Below are positions 42,163 to 52,563 of a stretch of 64,000 nucleotides of DNA, piece by piece. The stretch covers positions 96,001-160,000 of the forward strand of contig JBMFNR010000001.1 in assembly GCA_049970055.1 (NCBI GenBank). Reading direction: 5' to 3'. The position numbers were made by a program, and so were the translations under genes. This DNA comes from Fervidobacterium sp. GTDB taxonomy: Bacteria > Thermotogota > Thermotogae > Thermotogales > Fervidobacteriaceae. Every line of letters begins with the position of its first letter. Within the stretch, counting starts at the first letter, position 1. Below the pieces are notes generated by a model. It worked only from the letters and a program-made list of their open reading frames with translations. It was not told the origin of the DNA and searched no databases.

Positions 42163-44922
42163 ATGGATAAACTTATCATTAGAGGTGCAAAGGTACATAA
42201 TTTAAAGGGTATTGATGTAGAAATACCTAAAAATAAGCTTACTGTAATTACAGGGCTTTCAGGTTCGGGGAAAAGCTCGCTGGCAATGGACACGATTTTT
42301 GTAGAAGGGCAAAGGAGATATTTGGAGAGTCTTTCAACTTACGCAAGACAATTCATTGGTGAATTAAAAAAACCAGATGTTGAAAGTATGGAAGGACTTT
42401 CACCTTCAATAGCGATTGATCAAAAGAGTGTTTCACACAACCCAAGGTCCACTGTAGGGACAGTAACAGAGATATATGATTACCTGAGGGTTCTTTATGC
42501 ACAAATTGGTGTACCGCATTGTCCATATTGTGGCCGGGAACTAAGAAAAATGTCCGTTGATGAAATTGTTAATAGTGTAAAGTCCCATTTCGAAAATAGA
42601 AGAGTCCTTATTCTTGCTCCTATCGCACGTGAAAAGAAAGGTACATTTAAGGATGAACTAAACAGTTTTTTAGAACGCGGATATATCAGGGTAGAGGTCG
42701 ATGGTCAGGTCTTCAGGATAGAAGAGATTCCCGAACTAAATAAAAATGTAAGACACAATATTAATTTAGTTATTGATAGAGTTTCTGTCTCGGAAAGCGA
42801 TATACACCGATTATTCCAGTCGGTGGAACTCGCATTAAAGGAAAGCAAAGGCTTTGTTATTGTTAGGACGGAAGACGGTGCACACGAACATCTATATTCT
42901 GAAAAATATTCTTGTCTTTCGTGTGGATTTTCAATGCCGGAAATTACGCCAAAACTTTTTTCATTCAATAGCCCTTACGGAGCCTGTCCGGATTGTCATG
43001 GCCTAGGGTTTAAACTGGAAGTGGATGAAGAGGCGCTTTTTGAAGAGGACAAGCCGATTATGGAAGGGCTTAGGATAGGTCATAAATCGGATGGATGGAT
43101 TCCAAGAAGACTTGAAAGAATACTTAGAGAATATCGTGGTGACCCGAGTAAACCTTTTCGCAGTCAGCCGGATGAAGTAAAGGAAGCCATATTATATGGT
43201 ACTGAATATTTCGAAGGTATCGTGACCATTGTGAAAGAAAGGTACGAAGAATACACATCGGAAGAAACTCGTGAGTGGTTAGTCGAAAACTTTTTTGTTG
43301 AAAGAACATGCCAAACTTGCAAAGGTAAAAGACTTCGTCGGGAAGCATTAAGTGTTACTATCAATGGTTTAAGTATAATAGATTTCACAGACTTACCAAT
43401 TTCGAAGGAGCTGCAAGTCATTAGAAAGTTACCGGAATTACTTTCTTTGAAACAATACGAAGCAATAAGTGAGTTGTTAAGCGAAATACAGAAGCGTCTC
43501 GATTTTCTAGAGCAAGTGGGACTTGGTTATTTGACTTTGTCGAGAAATGTTAGGACACTTTCAGGTGGAGAGGCTCAAAGGATAAGGTTGGCAACACAAA
43601 TTGGTTCACGTTTAACAGGTGTTATATACGTACTCGATGAACCAACGATAGGTTTGCATCAAAGAGATAACGATAGGTTAATTAGTATGTTGAAACAACT
43701 TCGCGATTTAGGGAACACAGTAATAGTTGTTGAGCACGATGAAGATGTTATCAGAAATGCCGACTATATAGTTGACATAGGACCTGGTGCGGGGGTAAAT
43801 GGAGGATATGTTGTTTTTTCTGGTACCGTCGAGGAACTGATGAAAAGCGAAAATTCTTTAACTGGAAAGTATCTTTCAGGAAAATTGAAAATCGAAGTGC
43901 CAAAGGAACGTAGAACGGGTAATGGAAAAGTGATAAGAATAGTTGGCGTAAGGCACAATAACTTGAAAAATATCACTGTTGAATTTCCATTAGGTACGCT
44001 TATTGCTGTAACCGGTGTTAGTGGATCTGGTAAAAGTTCTCTGATATTGGATACATTGTATCCTGCTATTTCTAATAGATTGTACAAAACTAAGTACGAA
44101 ACCGGAGAGTTTGATAGAATAGAGGGATTAGAGGAAATCGATAAAGTGATCGCTATAGATCAATCACCTATTGGTCGTACTCCACGTAGTAATCCAGCAA
44201 CTTACACAAAAGTTTTTGATGCAATCAGAGAATTATTTGCGATGACGCCAGAAGCAAAGGTGCGTGGTTACGATAAAGGAAGATTCAGTTTCAACGTCAA
44301 AGGTGGAAGGTGTGAATCCTGTGCTGGTCAAGGTGTTGTCAAGATCGAAATGATGTTCCTACCGGAAGTTTACATTGAATGTGATGTTTGCAAAGGGTCA
44401 AGGTATAACTCGGAAACGTTGGAAGTTACGTACAAGGGGAAGAATATAGCGGATGTACTCAACATGACGGTAGATGAGGCTCTTGAATTTTTCCAAAATA
44501 TACCTGCTATAAGAGATACATTACAAGTTCTTTCCGATGTTGGACTTGGTTATATAAAACTTGGACAATCGGCCACAACATTGTCTGGTGGTGAAGCACA
44601 AAGAGTGAAACTTGCTTCAGAATTAAGAAAAAAAGCAACCGGGAGGACATTGTACATTTTAGATGAACCAACTGTTGGCTTACACTTCGACGATGTAAAA
44701 AAACTCATAGAAGTTTTGAATAGACTTGTTGATAAAGGTAATACGGTTATAATTATAGAGCATAACCTCGATGTCATAAAATCTGCCGATTATGTGATAG
44801 ATCTAGGCCCTGAAGGTGGCGACGAAGGGGGATACGTTGTCACAACAGGCACACCCGAACAGGTAGCTCAAAATAAAAACTCTTGGACGGGAAAATACCT
44901 GATGAGAATTTTAAGTAAATGA
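42163..44922 (+). CDS. uvrA: Excinuclease ABC subunit A
   Basis: Two ABC ATPase modules ([26 protein letters not shown] twice) and zinc fingers. Confidence 0.98.
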   Translation: MDKLIIRGAKVHNLKGIDVEIPKNKLTVITGLSGSGKSSLAMDTIFVEGQRRYLESLSTYARQFIGELKKPDVESMEGLSPSIAIDQKSVSHNPRSTVGTVTEIYDYLRVLYAQIGVPHCPYCGRELRKMSVDEIVNSVKSHFENRRVLILAPIAREKKGTFKDELNSFLERGYIRVEVDGQVFRIEEIPELNKNVRHNINLVIDRVSVSESDIHRLFQSVELALKESKGFVIVRTEDGAHEHLYSEKYSCLSCGFSMPEITPKLFSFNSPYGACPDCHGLGFKLEVDEEALFEEDKPIMEGLRIGHKSDGWIPRRLERILREYRGDPSKPFRSQPDEVKEAILYGTEYFEGIVTIVKERYEEYTSEETREWLVENFFVERTCQTCKGKRLRREALSVTINGLSIIDFTDLPISKELQVIRKLPELLSLKQYEAISELLSEIQKRLDFLEQVGLGYLTLSRNVRTLSGGEAQRIRLATQIGSRLTGVIYVLDEPTIGLHQRDNDRLISMLKQLRDLGNTVIVVEHDEDVIRNADYIVDIGPGAGVNGGYVVFSGTVEELMKSENSLTGKYLSGKLKIEVPKERRTGNGKVIRIVGVRHNNLKNITVEFPLGTLIAVTGVSGSGKSSLILDTLYPAISNRLYKTKYETGEFDRIEGLEEIDKVIAIDQSPIGRTPRSNPATYTKVFDAIRELFAMTPEAKVRGYDKGRFSFNVKGGRCESCAGQGVVKIEMMFLPEVYIECDVCKGSRYNSETLEVTYKGKNIADVLNMTVDEALEFFQNIPAIRDTLQVLSDVGLGYIKLGQSATTLSGGEAQRVKLASELRKKATGRTLYILDEPTVGLHFDDVKKLIEVLNRLVDKGNTVIIIEHNLDVIKSADYVIDLGPEGGDEGGYVVTTGTPEQVAQNKNSWTGKYLMRILSK

Positions 44923-44966
44923 ATATTATAAGTATTTGTAAACTTCATAACTTTGGAGGGGTAAAT

Positions 44967-45557
44967 TTGTTTAGGATATATGTGGCAAGTAAGAACGAAC
45001 ACAAAATTCGCGAAATCAAGCTTGTAGCTCCTGACTCTATTGAACTCATTCCCATTGATTTGGATTTTGGTGTTGTTGAAGATGGAGAAACGTTCTTGGA
45101 AAACTCTGTAAAAAAAGCTATAGAGTATGGCAAAATTGTTAACGCGCCCGTTGTGGCGGACGATTCAGGTTTATCGATAGATAGTCTTGATGGTTTTCCA
45201 GGAGTTATGTCAGCTCGTTATATGGAAGGCGCACCTTACAAGGAAAAGATGGAGAGTATAATCCAACTAATGAAAAATTTCAAAACACTGGAAGAGAGGA
45301 AAGCTAAATTTGTGTGTGTGGCAACTTATTTCAACCCACTGAAGAACTTTTTGGTTTCTGTTGAAGGCCACATTGAAGGAAGTATAGCGACAGAAATACG
45401 CGGTCAAAGGGGGTTTGGATACGACCCTATTTTTGTTCCAATAGGATACGATAAAACATTTGGTGAACTAGGTGAAGAATTAAAGAAAGTAATTAGCCAT
45501 AGAAGTATTGCCTTTAAAAAGCTTTTCAGTATACTTAAAAAAATCGGTGAAATTTAG
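44967..45557 (+). CDS. rdgB: Non-canonical purine NTP pyrophosphatase (RdgB/HAM1)
   Basis: [28 protein letters not shown] and ISHR motifs; TTG 44967 after SD GGAGGGG. Confidence 0.93.
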   Translation: MFRIYVASKNEHKIREIKLVAPDSIELIPIDLDFGVVEDGETFLENSVKKAIEYGKIVNAPVVADDSGLSIDSLDGFPGVMSARYMEGAPYKEKMESIIQLMKNFKTLEERKAKFVCVATYFNPLKNFLVSVEGHIEGSIATEIRGQRGFGYDPIFVPIGYDKTFGELGEELKKVISHRSIAFKKLFSILKKIGEI

Positions 45558-45597
45558 CAGACTTTGAATATTTTATTTTTCATTTGGGGGAATTTTT

Positions 45598-46785
45598 ATG
45601 CTTGTTATACACGCTGATAGATTACTGACACCCATAAAACAGCCAGTGAAAGGCACCGATATGAGAAGTATTGAAGAATTATTTGATGTCGATATTGTTG
45701 TTGATGGTGGTTACGTAATAGACATTAGAAGGCATAAAAGTGCTGATTATAGTGCAAAATTAGTCACGCCTGGTTTATTTGATGCACATACACACATTCC
45801 ATTCATTGGCTCACGTTCGAAAGAATTTCTTATGCGTGCGAGGGGCAAGACTTATCTGGAGATACTTCACGCTGGTGGTGGAATACACTACACGACAGCT
45901 CTGGTGAAGAAATCAAGCGAGGAGGAACTCTATAAGGAAGCAAAGAGGTATGTAGATGCATTTACAAGACATGGGATCGTTGGATTGGAATGTAAGAGTG
46001 GCTACGGGCTAGATAAAGAAAACGAACTAAAGCAGCTGAGAGTGATAAAGAAGCTAAAATCAGAACTACCAAATAGGATAACAAGTACATTTTTGGGATT
46101 ACATGCAAAACCTTTACCTGATTCTGGCAAAAGTGTTAATATATACATCAAGGAAATGACGGAACTTCTAGATGTTATTAAGCAAGAAGAACTTGCAGAT
46201 TTTGTTGATGCGTTTGTCGATAAGGGAGTCTACCTACCCGAAGAATTAAGTTATTTTTTTGAAAAAGCTAAGGCAATCGGTTTCAAAGTAAGGTTACATG
46301 CCGATGAACTTGAAAACGTTGGAGCTTGTAGATTTGGTGAAAAAATTGGAGCAATAAGCGTTGATCATGTTTTAAAAATTTCTAAAGAGGACATTTCCAC
46401 ACTCTCACATTCAAATACGCTTGTTACATTAATGCCAGCGACGAGTTTTTACCTTGGTGAAAGTTACGCACCAGCTAGGGAAATTATAAATAATGGAATA
46501 GGTGTAGCACTTGGTTCCGATTTTAACCCAGGTTCTTCGCCTATTTACTATCCCGGGTTTGTTATGCATCTTGCCATTAGATTTTTGAAGATGGACCCTG
46601 AAGAAGTTTTAAATGCTTACACTGCTAATAGTGCTTATGTACTTGGGTTTAAGTCTGGAATACTTGCTCCCGGGTACCCCGCTGACATGGTCTTATGGAG
46701 TACAAGTGAATTTTTAGATATACCGTATATGTTCCAAGAAAACTGGGTTGAAAAAGTCTTAATAGGTGGGAAGCTGTATGTTTAA
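45598..46785 (+). CDS. hutI: Imidazolonepropionase
   Basis: DAHTH, GGGI, KSGYGL, FLGLHA, HADEL, SVDH and SDFNPGS motifs. Confidence 0.92.
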   Translation: MLVIHADRLLTPIKQPVKGTDMRSIEELFDVDIVVDGGYVIDIRRHKSADYSAKLVTPGLFDAHTHIPFIGSRSKEFLMRARGKTYLEILHAGGGIHYTTALVKKSSEEELYKEAKRYVDAFTRHGIVGLECKSGYGLDKENELKQLRVIKKLKSELPNRITSTFLGLHAKPLPDSGKSVNIYIKEMTELLDVIKQEELADFVDAFVDKGVYLPEELSYFFEKAKAIGFKVRLHADELENVGACRFGEKIGAISVDHVLKISKEDISTLSHSNTLVTLMPATSFYLGESYAPAREIINNGIGVALGSDFNPGSSPIYYPGFVMHLAIRFLKMDPEEVLNAYTANSAYVLGFKSGILAPGYPADMVLWSTSEFLDIPYMFQENWVEKVLIGGKLYV

Positions 46786-47143
46786 AAAAAGCGATTTAAT
46801 TTTACTTACTATCGTTTTATTTTTGTCTTCTTTATTTTTAGTTCGAGGTTTCTTTTTTAAAAATGACGAAAAAGCTGATGGTGTTGTGGTTAGAATCTCT
46901 GGGGAAGAAGTTTACCATTTTTCTCAGCCCGGAGAGTGGAAGATACATAACAAAAATGGTAAGTATGTAACTACACTTCATTTTGATGGTCAAAAAGTTT
47001 GGGTTACCGATTCTAATTGTCCTGACAAAATTTGTGAAAAAACTGGTAAAGTCGAGCCTGGAGGAAGTATAATATGTGTGCCAAACAGAACGATAATAGA
47101 ATTCAAGAAAAAAACAGAGAACATCGACGTAGAAACGTGGTAA
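46778..47143 (+). CDS. NusG domain II (DUF1312) membrane-anchored protein, EetA-like
   Basis: KKSD plus a TM helix, then SNCPDKIC..TG and IICVPN motifs. Confidence 0.85.
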   Translation: MFKKSDLILLTIVLFLSSLFLVRGFFFKNDEKADGVVVRISGEEVYHFSQPGEWKIHNKNGKYVTTLHFDGQKVWVTDSNCPDKICEKTGKVEPGGSIICVPNRTIIEFKKKTENIDVETW

Positions 47144-47613
47144 TGTTTGGCCTCTTTATAGCTCTTAGTAGTGTGATATACGTTGTGGAAGGTATCGTGC
47201 CTTTCCCAGTTCCGGGTGGTAAGTGGGGATTTTCAAATTTCCTTGTCCTGTACCTTTCGTATTATTGCAATCTCCAAGATGCATTACTACTTGCGGTATC
47301 TAAATCTCTTTTGGGCTCGATACTCTCCGGGACGATATTTACACCAGGGTTCTTTATGGGCTTTTTGGGTAGTGTAGCTGCGGCACTGGTCCAAAGTTTA
47401 GTGAAAAAGTTGAAGATATTTGGTATAACCGGCGTTAGTCTGTTTGGTATGATTTCTAACAACCTGGTACAATTCTTCATAGGTAGCTTACTGATAGGTT
47501 CGAGTGTAATTTATGGACTTCTTCCTTTGGTTTTATTTCTTGGAGCTTTTTCAGCGATCGCTAACGCATATCTTTCAGTGCAAACTTCACACATTTTAAC
47601 GAAAGTAGAATAA
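47143..47613 (+). CDS. Gx transporter family (heptaprenyl diphosphate synthase component I-like) membrane protein, EetB-like; start uncertain
   Basis: E..P.PVPGGKWGFSN, G.S..G...NN..Q; TAATG coupling to the upstream gene. Confidence 0.82.
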   Translation: MFGLFIALSSVIYVVEGIVPFPVPGGKWGFSNFLVLYLSYYCNLQDALLLAVSKSLLGSILSGTIFTPGFFMGFLGSVAAALVQSLVKKLKIFGITGVSLFGMISNNLVQFFIGSLLIGSSVIYGLLPLVLFLGAFSAIANAYLSVQTSHILTKVE

Positions 47614-47667
47614 CACTAAATTAATTAAGGAGACTTAATGTAATTGTGAAATGAGGAGGTGAGCAAA

Positions 47668-48984
47668 ATGCTGAAAAGGTCAGATTTTCCAAAAGGATTC
47701 ATCTTTGGGACAGCTACGGCAGCTTATCAGATCGAGGGTGCTGCCAACGAAGATGGTAGGGGACCTTCGATATGGGATGTTTTTTCACACACACCAGGCA
47801 AAACTTTCAATGGAGATACAGGAAATGTTGCATGCGATCATTATCATAGATACAAAGAAGACGTAGCTTTAATGAAAGAGATAGGTCTCGATGCGTATCG
47901 TTTTTCAATTTCGTGGCCACGGGTTATGCCAGACGGGAAAAATATCAACCAGAAAGGTGTTGACTTTTACAACAGATTAGTTGATGAGTTGCTTGAGAAT
48001 GGTATAACACCGTTTGTCACGTTGTATCATTGGGACTTACCGCACGCATTATACAAAAATGGAGGATGGTTAAATCCAGATATCGCTATTTACTTTAGAT
48101 CATATGCACTGTTTATGTTCAATGAGCTGGGTGATAGAGTGAAGCATTGGATCACATTAAACGAGCCTTGGTGTTCGTCGTTCCTTGGATATTTCACAGG
48201 AGAACATGCACCTGGCCATACTAATTTGCAAGAGGCCTTGATTGCAGCTCATAACTTGCTAAGGGCGCATGGGTATGCCGTCCAATCCTTTAGAGAAGAG
48301 GTAAAAGATGGTAAGATTGGTTTAACGAATGTTGTTATGAAAGTAGAACCAGGTGATGCTAAGCCAGAAAGTTTTTTAGTAGCTGGACTTGTAGATAAAG
48401 TTGTCAACGCATGGTTTCACGATCCTGTTATATTTGGAAAATACCCGCAAGAGGCTGTTGAAAATTATTATGGTTTGGGATTAACAGTGCCGGATGGCGA
48501 TTTTGATATTATATCAACACCTATAGATTTCTTCGGTGTAAATTACTATACGCGTACACTGGTTGTATACGACGAAAATAGCCCTATGAAATTTTCATAC
48601 GTTCAAGGGAATCTACCGAAAACCGATATGGGTTGGGAAATTTACCCGCAAGGTCTTTTCGATATGCTTGTGTATCTTAAAGAAAGGTACAAATTACCTT
48701 TGTACATAACAGAAAATGGAATAGCCGGTCCAGACAAGTTAGAAAACGGAAAGATCGACGATGGTTACAGGATAAATTATCTTGAAAAGCACTTTGAAAA
48801 GGCCCTTGAAGCAATCAGCGCAGGGGTAGACTTGAAAGGTTATTTCATATGGTCCTTGATCGACAATTTTGAATGGGCATACGGTTATTCGAAGAGGTTT
48901 GGGATAGTATACGTTGATTACAATACACAAAAAAGGATTCTAAAAAAGAGCGCACATTGGCTCAAAGAATTTTTGAAAAATTAA
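47668..48984 (+). CDS. bglA: GH1 beta-glucosidase
   Basis: ATAAYQIEG, DHYHRY, YRFSISWPR, TLNEP (acid/base), ITENG (nucleophile) and DNFEW; SD GAGGAGGTG. Confidence 0.95.
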   Translation: MLKRSDFPKGFIFGTATAAYQIEGAANEDGRGPSIWDVFSHTPGKTFNGDTGNVACDHYHRYKEDVALMKEIGLDAYRFSISWPRVMPDGKNINQKGVDFYNRLVDELLENGITPFVTLYHWDLPHALYKNGGWLNPDIAIYFRSYALFMFNELGDRVKHWITLNEPWCSSFLGYFTGEHAPGHTNLQEALIAAHNLLRAHGYAVQSFREEVKDGKIGLTNVVMKVEPGDAKPESFLVAGLVDKVVNAWFHDPVIFGKYPQEAVENYYGLGLTVPDGDFDIISTPIDFFGVNYYTRTLVVYDENSPMKFSYVQGNLPKTDMGWEIYPQGLFDMLVYLKERYKLPLYITENGIAGPDKLENGKIDDGYRINYLEKHFEKALEAISAGVDLKGYFIWSLIDNFEWAYGYSKRFGIVYVDYNTQKRILKKSAHWLKEFLKN

Positions 48985-48996
48985 TAAAAGAATAGC

Positions 48997-49025
48997 AAAA
49001 AAAGGGTGCACTTGCACCCTTTTTT
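48997..49025. terminator. Bidirectional intrinsic terminator between bglA and fliY
   Basis: AAAAAAAGGGTGCA-CT-TGCACCCTTTTTT between convergent genes. Confidence 0.9.
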
Positions 49026-49040
49026 ACTTTTCTATTTTTA

Positions 49041-50138
49041 TCATTTTAAACTGTACAACCTCTCCTTTGGACTAACTATCTCTGTTATCCTCACACCGAA
49101 GTTCTCGTCTATAACTACAACCTCACCATGCGCAATTAATTTGTTATTCACGTAAACATCAACAGGCTCACCAGTTAACTTATCAAGTTCAATAAGTGAA
49201 CCTACACCGAGTTCCATGACTTCTTTTAGTGTCAGTTTTGTTCTACCAAGCTCAACAGTAATGTTTAGTGGAACATCGAAAAGTAGCTGCAATCTCTCGT
49301 CGATAACGTTTGGCTGCTGAGATTTGCTCTGTGCTTTTTCGAAATCTTCAAATTGTACGGGACGAGCTGCTATCGTTGGTTTTTCTTGTTTTTTCGAAGG
49401 GGTTGATTGTGCGGTTGATTGCACGCTTTTCTGCTTTGTTGAAAAGCTACTTTGCGTTTCACTCTTTTCTGGTTGAACTTGTACTGTACCGAAGATCATA
49501 TCGTGCAATTTTTTAACAAACGGTATCGGCATTGCAAGGAAAAAACTTGCATCTTCCAGACCTTCTATGGACATTGTAAAATCAACTTTCGCAACTTTGT
49601 CGTTCTCATCACCAATGGGAGGAAATTTTACCTCCTTGTTATCAAAATCCAAAATTTCAACAGTTGGTGGGGTTATATTCACCGACTTTTTTATCATATC
49701 GGATAACGAAGTAGCCGCTGAACCCATCATTTGGTTCATTGCTTCTCCAACGGCGCTTAATTTCATCTCATCAAGCTCATAACTTTCAATATTACCGAGT
49801 CCACCCATCATTATATCAGCGATTTGTGCAGCTGTTTTCTTTTCAAGAACAAGTGTATTAAGACCTTCCACGACACCCTCAAAGTGAATAATTACACTGA
49901 CTTTTTGTCCCTTAATCTCTTCACGTAAGGTTTTTAATGTCTTCACTTCCACCTCTGGAGTTGATATATCGACTTTTCTACCAAGTATATTTGAGAGTGC
50001 TGTTGCACCAGCACCAAGAATGATGTTTCCAACTTCACCTATCATATCCTTTTCTATATCGCTCAATGATTCCTCACTACTAAGTTGACCTAATAAAGCA
50101 TCAAGTTCTTCTTGAGACAAAAAATCATCCGCCATCAT
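49041..50138 (-). CDS. fliY: Flagellar motor switch phosphatase FliY
   Basis: LSQEELDALL; CheC-like EVGN and EAMN motifs; C-terminal FliN domain (VELGRT, GEVVVIDENFGVRI). Confidence 0.95.
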   Translation of the reverse strand: MMADDFLSQEELDALLGQLSSEESLSDIEKDMIGEVGNIILGAGATALSNILGRKVDISTPEVEVKTLKTLREEIKGQKVSVIIHFEGVVEGLNTLVLEKKTAAQIADIMMGGLGNIESYELDEMKLSAVGEAMNQMMGSAATSLSDMIKKSVNITPPTVEILDFDNKEVKFPPIGDENDKVAKVDFTMSIEGLEDASFFLAMPIPFVKKLHDMIFGTVQVQPEKSETQSSFSTKQKSVQSTAQSTPSKKQEKPTIAARPVQFEDFEKAQSKSQQPNVIDERLQLLFDVPLNITVELGRTKLTLKEVMELGVGSLIELDKLTGEPVDVYVNNKLIAHGEVVVIDENFGVRITEIVSPKERLYSLK

Positions 50139-51124
50139 TCTTCTTCACCTTCCTCTAAGACACCCGTAATCTTTACGGCATAATTACCTTTGTAATGCCC
50201 GGGTTTACCAAGGAATTTTGTTATTCCGTTTATCTTAACTCTTATTGGATCGTTGTAGTGCTCTTTAAGCCTTATAACGTCTCCTAACTCCAATGTTACT
50301 ATTTCACCAAGGGTAAGAACAGTTTCACCTATTATAGCAATAGCATCAACTTTTGTTTGTTTTAGGTTATTTTTCAAATTTTCCATAAGCTCTTGGGTAA
50401 TTTCTTTTTGCTTTACTTTAAACCAACTTTGTGTAGTCAGTTTTTCACCAATTGGCTCGATTACTGAAGACGGCCAGCAAACACTCATGTAACCCTCTAT
50501 CTTCCCAAAACTCACAAAAAACGTTATCGCTAAAACCATTTCACTACTTGGTACGATTTGCACAAATTGTGGGTTGGTTTCAGTAGATTCAACCACTGGA
50601 ATGAATGGATGAACGGAAGTCCATGCTTGTGATAAAGAGGTTAAGATATTTACAACCTCTTTTTTTATGATTCCACTCTCAATATCGGTAGGTACTCTTT
50701 TAGTATCTATGACTTCACCAGGTCCGCCAAGTAATACGTCAAGGATACCGTAGAATATTTCAAGGCTCATGTTTAGTATTGCGCTTCCAACGAATTCTCT
50801 TGCACTGAAGATGGTAATAAACGATGGATTACTAATCGATTTCATGTACTCATCGTAAGTTAATTGGTCGATACCAACTACGTTAACTGATGTAAAAGAT
50901 CTTAATTTTCCCGAAAGATATGTTGAGACCCCTCTTGAAAAATTCTCATGGATCATTTGAACAGTTCTAATCTGTTCTTTTGAAAATTTCTGCGGGCGCA
51001 AAAAATCGTATACACGAATTTTTTTTCCTTCACCCTCTTTTTTTACTTCCTCTATGTTAACTTCGCCTTGCGACAATGCCGCTAATAATCTATCTATTTC
51101 CTCTTGACTTAGTACATCTGACAA
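50135..51124 (-). CDS. fliM: Flagellar motor switch protein FliM
   Basis: LSQEEIDRLL, YDFLRP.KFSKEQ, LLGG and ETNPQF motifs; TTG start at 51124. Confidence 0.95.
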   Translation of the reverse strand: MSDVLSQEEIDRLLAALSQGEVNIEEVKKEGEGKKIRVYDFLRPQKFSKEQIRTVQMIHENFSRGVSTYLSGKLRSFTSVNVVGIDQLTYDEYMKSISNPSFITIFSAREFVGSAILNMSLEIFYGILDVLLGGPGEVIDTKRVPTDIESGIIKKEVVNILTSLSQAWTSVHPFIPVVESTETNPQFVQIVPSSEMVLAITFFVSFGKIEGYMSVCWPSSVIEPIGEKLTTQSWFKVKQKEITQELMENLKNNLKQTKVDAIAIIGETVLTLGEIVTLELGDVIRLKEHYNDPIRVKINGITKFLGKPGHYKGNYAVKITGVLEEGEEE

Positions 51125-51169
51125 AATTATCACTCCCTTAAGGGAAAAGGTGTTAAATACTGCCCACTA

Positions 51170-51688
51170 CTACTGTACACTACTAATGGATTTTATGTAT
51201 ATGTAGACATTTAAAACACCAAACTTTTCTTTTTCTCCAGTGAATCCTGTTATTTCATTCACAGCTTCTCTGATTTGCTTTTTGAGCAAATCAATTCCAG
51301 CCGGTGTAGTGAGTTCGAATCTTTCTTTACTAAGAAAGATGGTACTTAAGGCATCCATAATTTCATCATTTTTATCTGCAACTGCTGCTCTACATGGTTC
51401 ACTACCAACGAGTAAAGTTAATGAATCAATAACGACGACATCTCTTCCGCCTTTGAGCATAAATGTTTGGAATTTTCCTGCTTGAATTACAACAGCCTTT
51501 ATCTGTGTTGGCACAGTTGTTTGCTGTTGTTGCTGAGTTTCTTTTGGTGTCTTGTTTTGACCGAGTAAAAAGAACACAGCTAAACTTACAACAAGTGAAA
51601 TAACAAGAGGTACCGCTACGATACTAATTATTCCCATCAAAGGGTTTGATTTTTTTTTCTGTTCATTCTGTTCCACTTCTTCCGGCAT
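51170..51688 (-). CDS. fliL: Flagellar basal-body protein FliL
   Basis: N-terminal TM; G...LKKQI...VN; lies between motB and fliM. Confidence 0.85.
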   Translation of the reverse strand: MPEEVEQNEQKKKSNPLMGIISIVAVPLVISLVVSLAVFFLLGQNKTPKETQQQQQTTVPTQIKAVVIQAGKFQTFMLKGGRDVVVIDSLTLLVGSEPCRAAVADKNDEIMDALSTIFLSKERFELTTPAGIDLLKKQIREAVNEITGFTGEKEKFGVLNVYIYIKSISSVQ

Positions 51689-51690
51689 CG

Positions 51691-52563
51691 TTACCCACCC
51701 CTTGTCTCTCTTTTTATCATTATCTCGATTTTTCTGTACTTTCTTCTTGTATTCTCTACATCACTATTGTATTTAGACGTAATTATAGAGCGCTTTGTTT
51801 GATACTCATTCACAGATATTTTACCACTTTCGTATTCACTTTGAAGCCTCGACATATCAAAATCATAGTTGGCTTTTATAGACTTCAGTTCTTTATTTAC
51901 ATCAACATCTCCCTTGCCAATTGGTACGAATCTATCCGGTGCGTAAAAGTAATCTATATCAAACAACCCAGAACGTATATCGGCAATCCTTAGAACATAC
52001 CTTTTTTGCTTTAGCTCAGTTAACATGAAATTAACAACACTTGAAGCCCTTGCACTGCTAAGATGCCAATTTGATGGGTATATGGAGTCGGGTGTAAGTG
52101 GCCTGTCATCTGCGTAACCACGTACTTCTATTATATTTGAAGTATGTTCAATTATCACTGCACCTAATTTCTCTATAATCTCCTTTGCTTCAGCTGTCAA
52201 TTTTGCACTTCCAGGATCGAAGATTTTGAAATTTGTGAGTGTTATTAATGTTCCTTCATCTTTGTCTTCTATGGTAATTTTCCCCTTATACTCCTCTGAA
52301 ATTCTTAAAAGTTCTTGGTACACCCCAGGTTTACTTGAAATGAGTGCTTCTTCACTTAAGGTTTGACCACCCGTTAATACACTTGGAGGATTACCCTTTA
52401 GTGCAACGGTAATACCGACAACTACTTGTTGGAACTTTCCTGGTGTTATTGTTGACATTGAAAATAGTAAAACAAAGAATGTCAATAGCAAAGTAACCAT
52501 GTCACCGTATGTGTTAAGCCACTCGGGAACTGATTTACACACACATTTTTCTTTTTTAGCCAC
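51691..52563 (-). CDS. motB: Flagellar stator B subunit
   Basis: WLNTYGDMVTLLLTFFVLL TM with the conserved Asp; OmpA-like SNWHLSSARASSV. Confidence 0.93.
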   Translation of the reverse strand: MAKKEKCVCKSVPEWLNTYGDMVTLLLTFFVLLFSMSTITPGKFQQVVVGITVALKGNPPSVLTGGQTLSEEALISSKPGVYQELLRISEEYKGKITIEDKDEGTLITLTNFKIFDPGSAKLTAEAKEIIEKLGAVIIEHTSNIIEVRGYADDRPLTPDSIYPSNWHLSSARASSVVNFMLTELKQKRYVLRIADIRSGLFDIDYFYAPDRFVPIGKGDVDVNKELKSIKANYDFDMSRLQSEYESGKISVNEYQTKRSIITSKYNSDVENTRRKYRKIEIMIKRETRGG

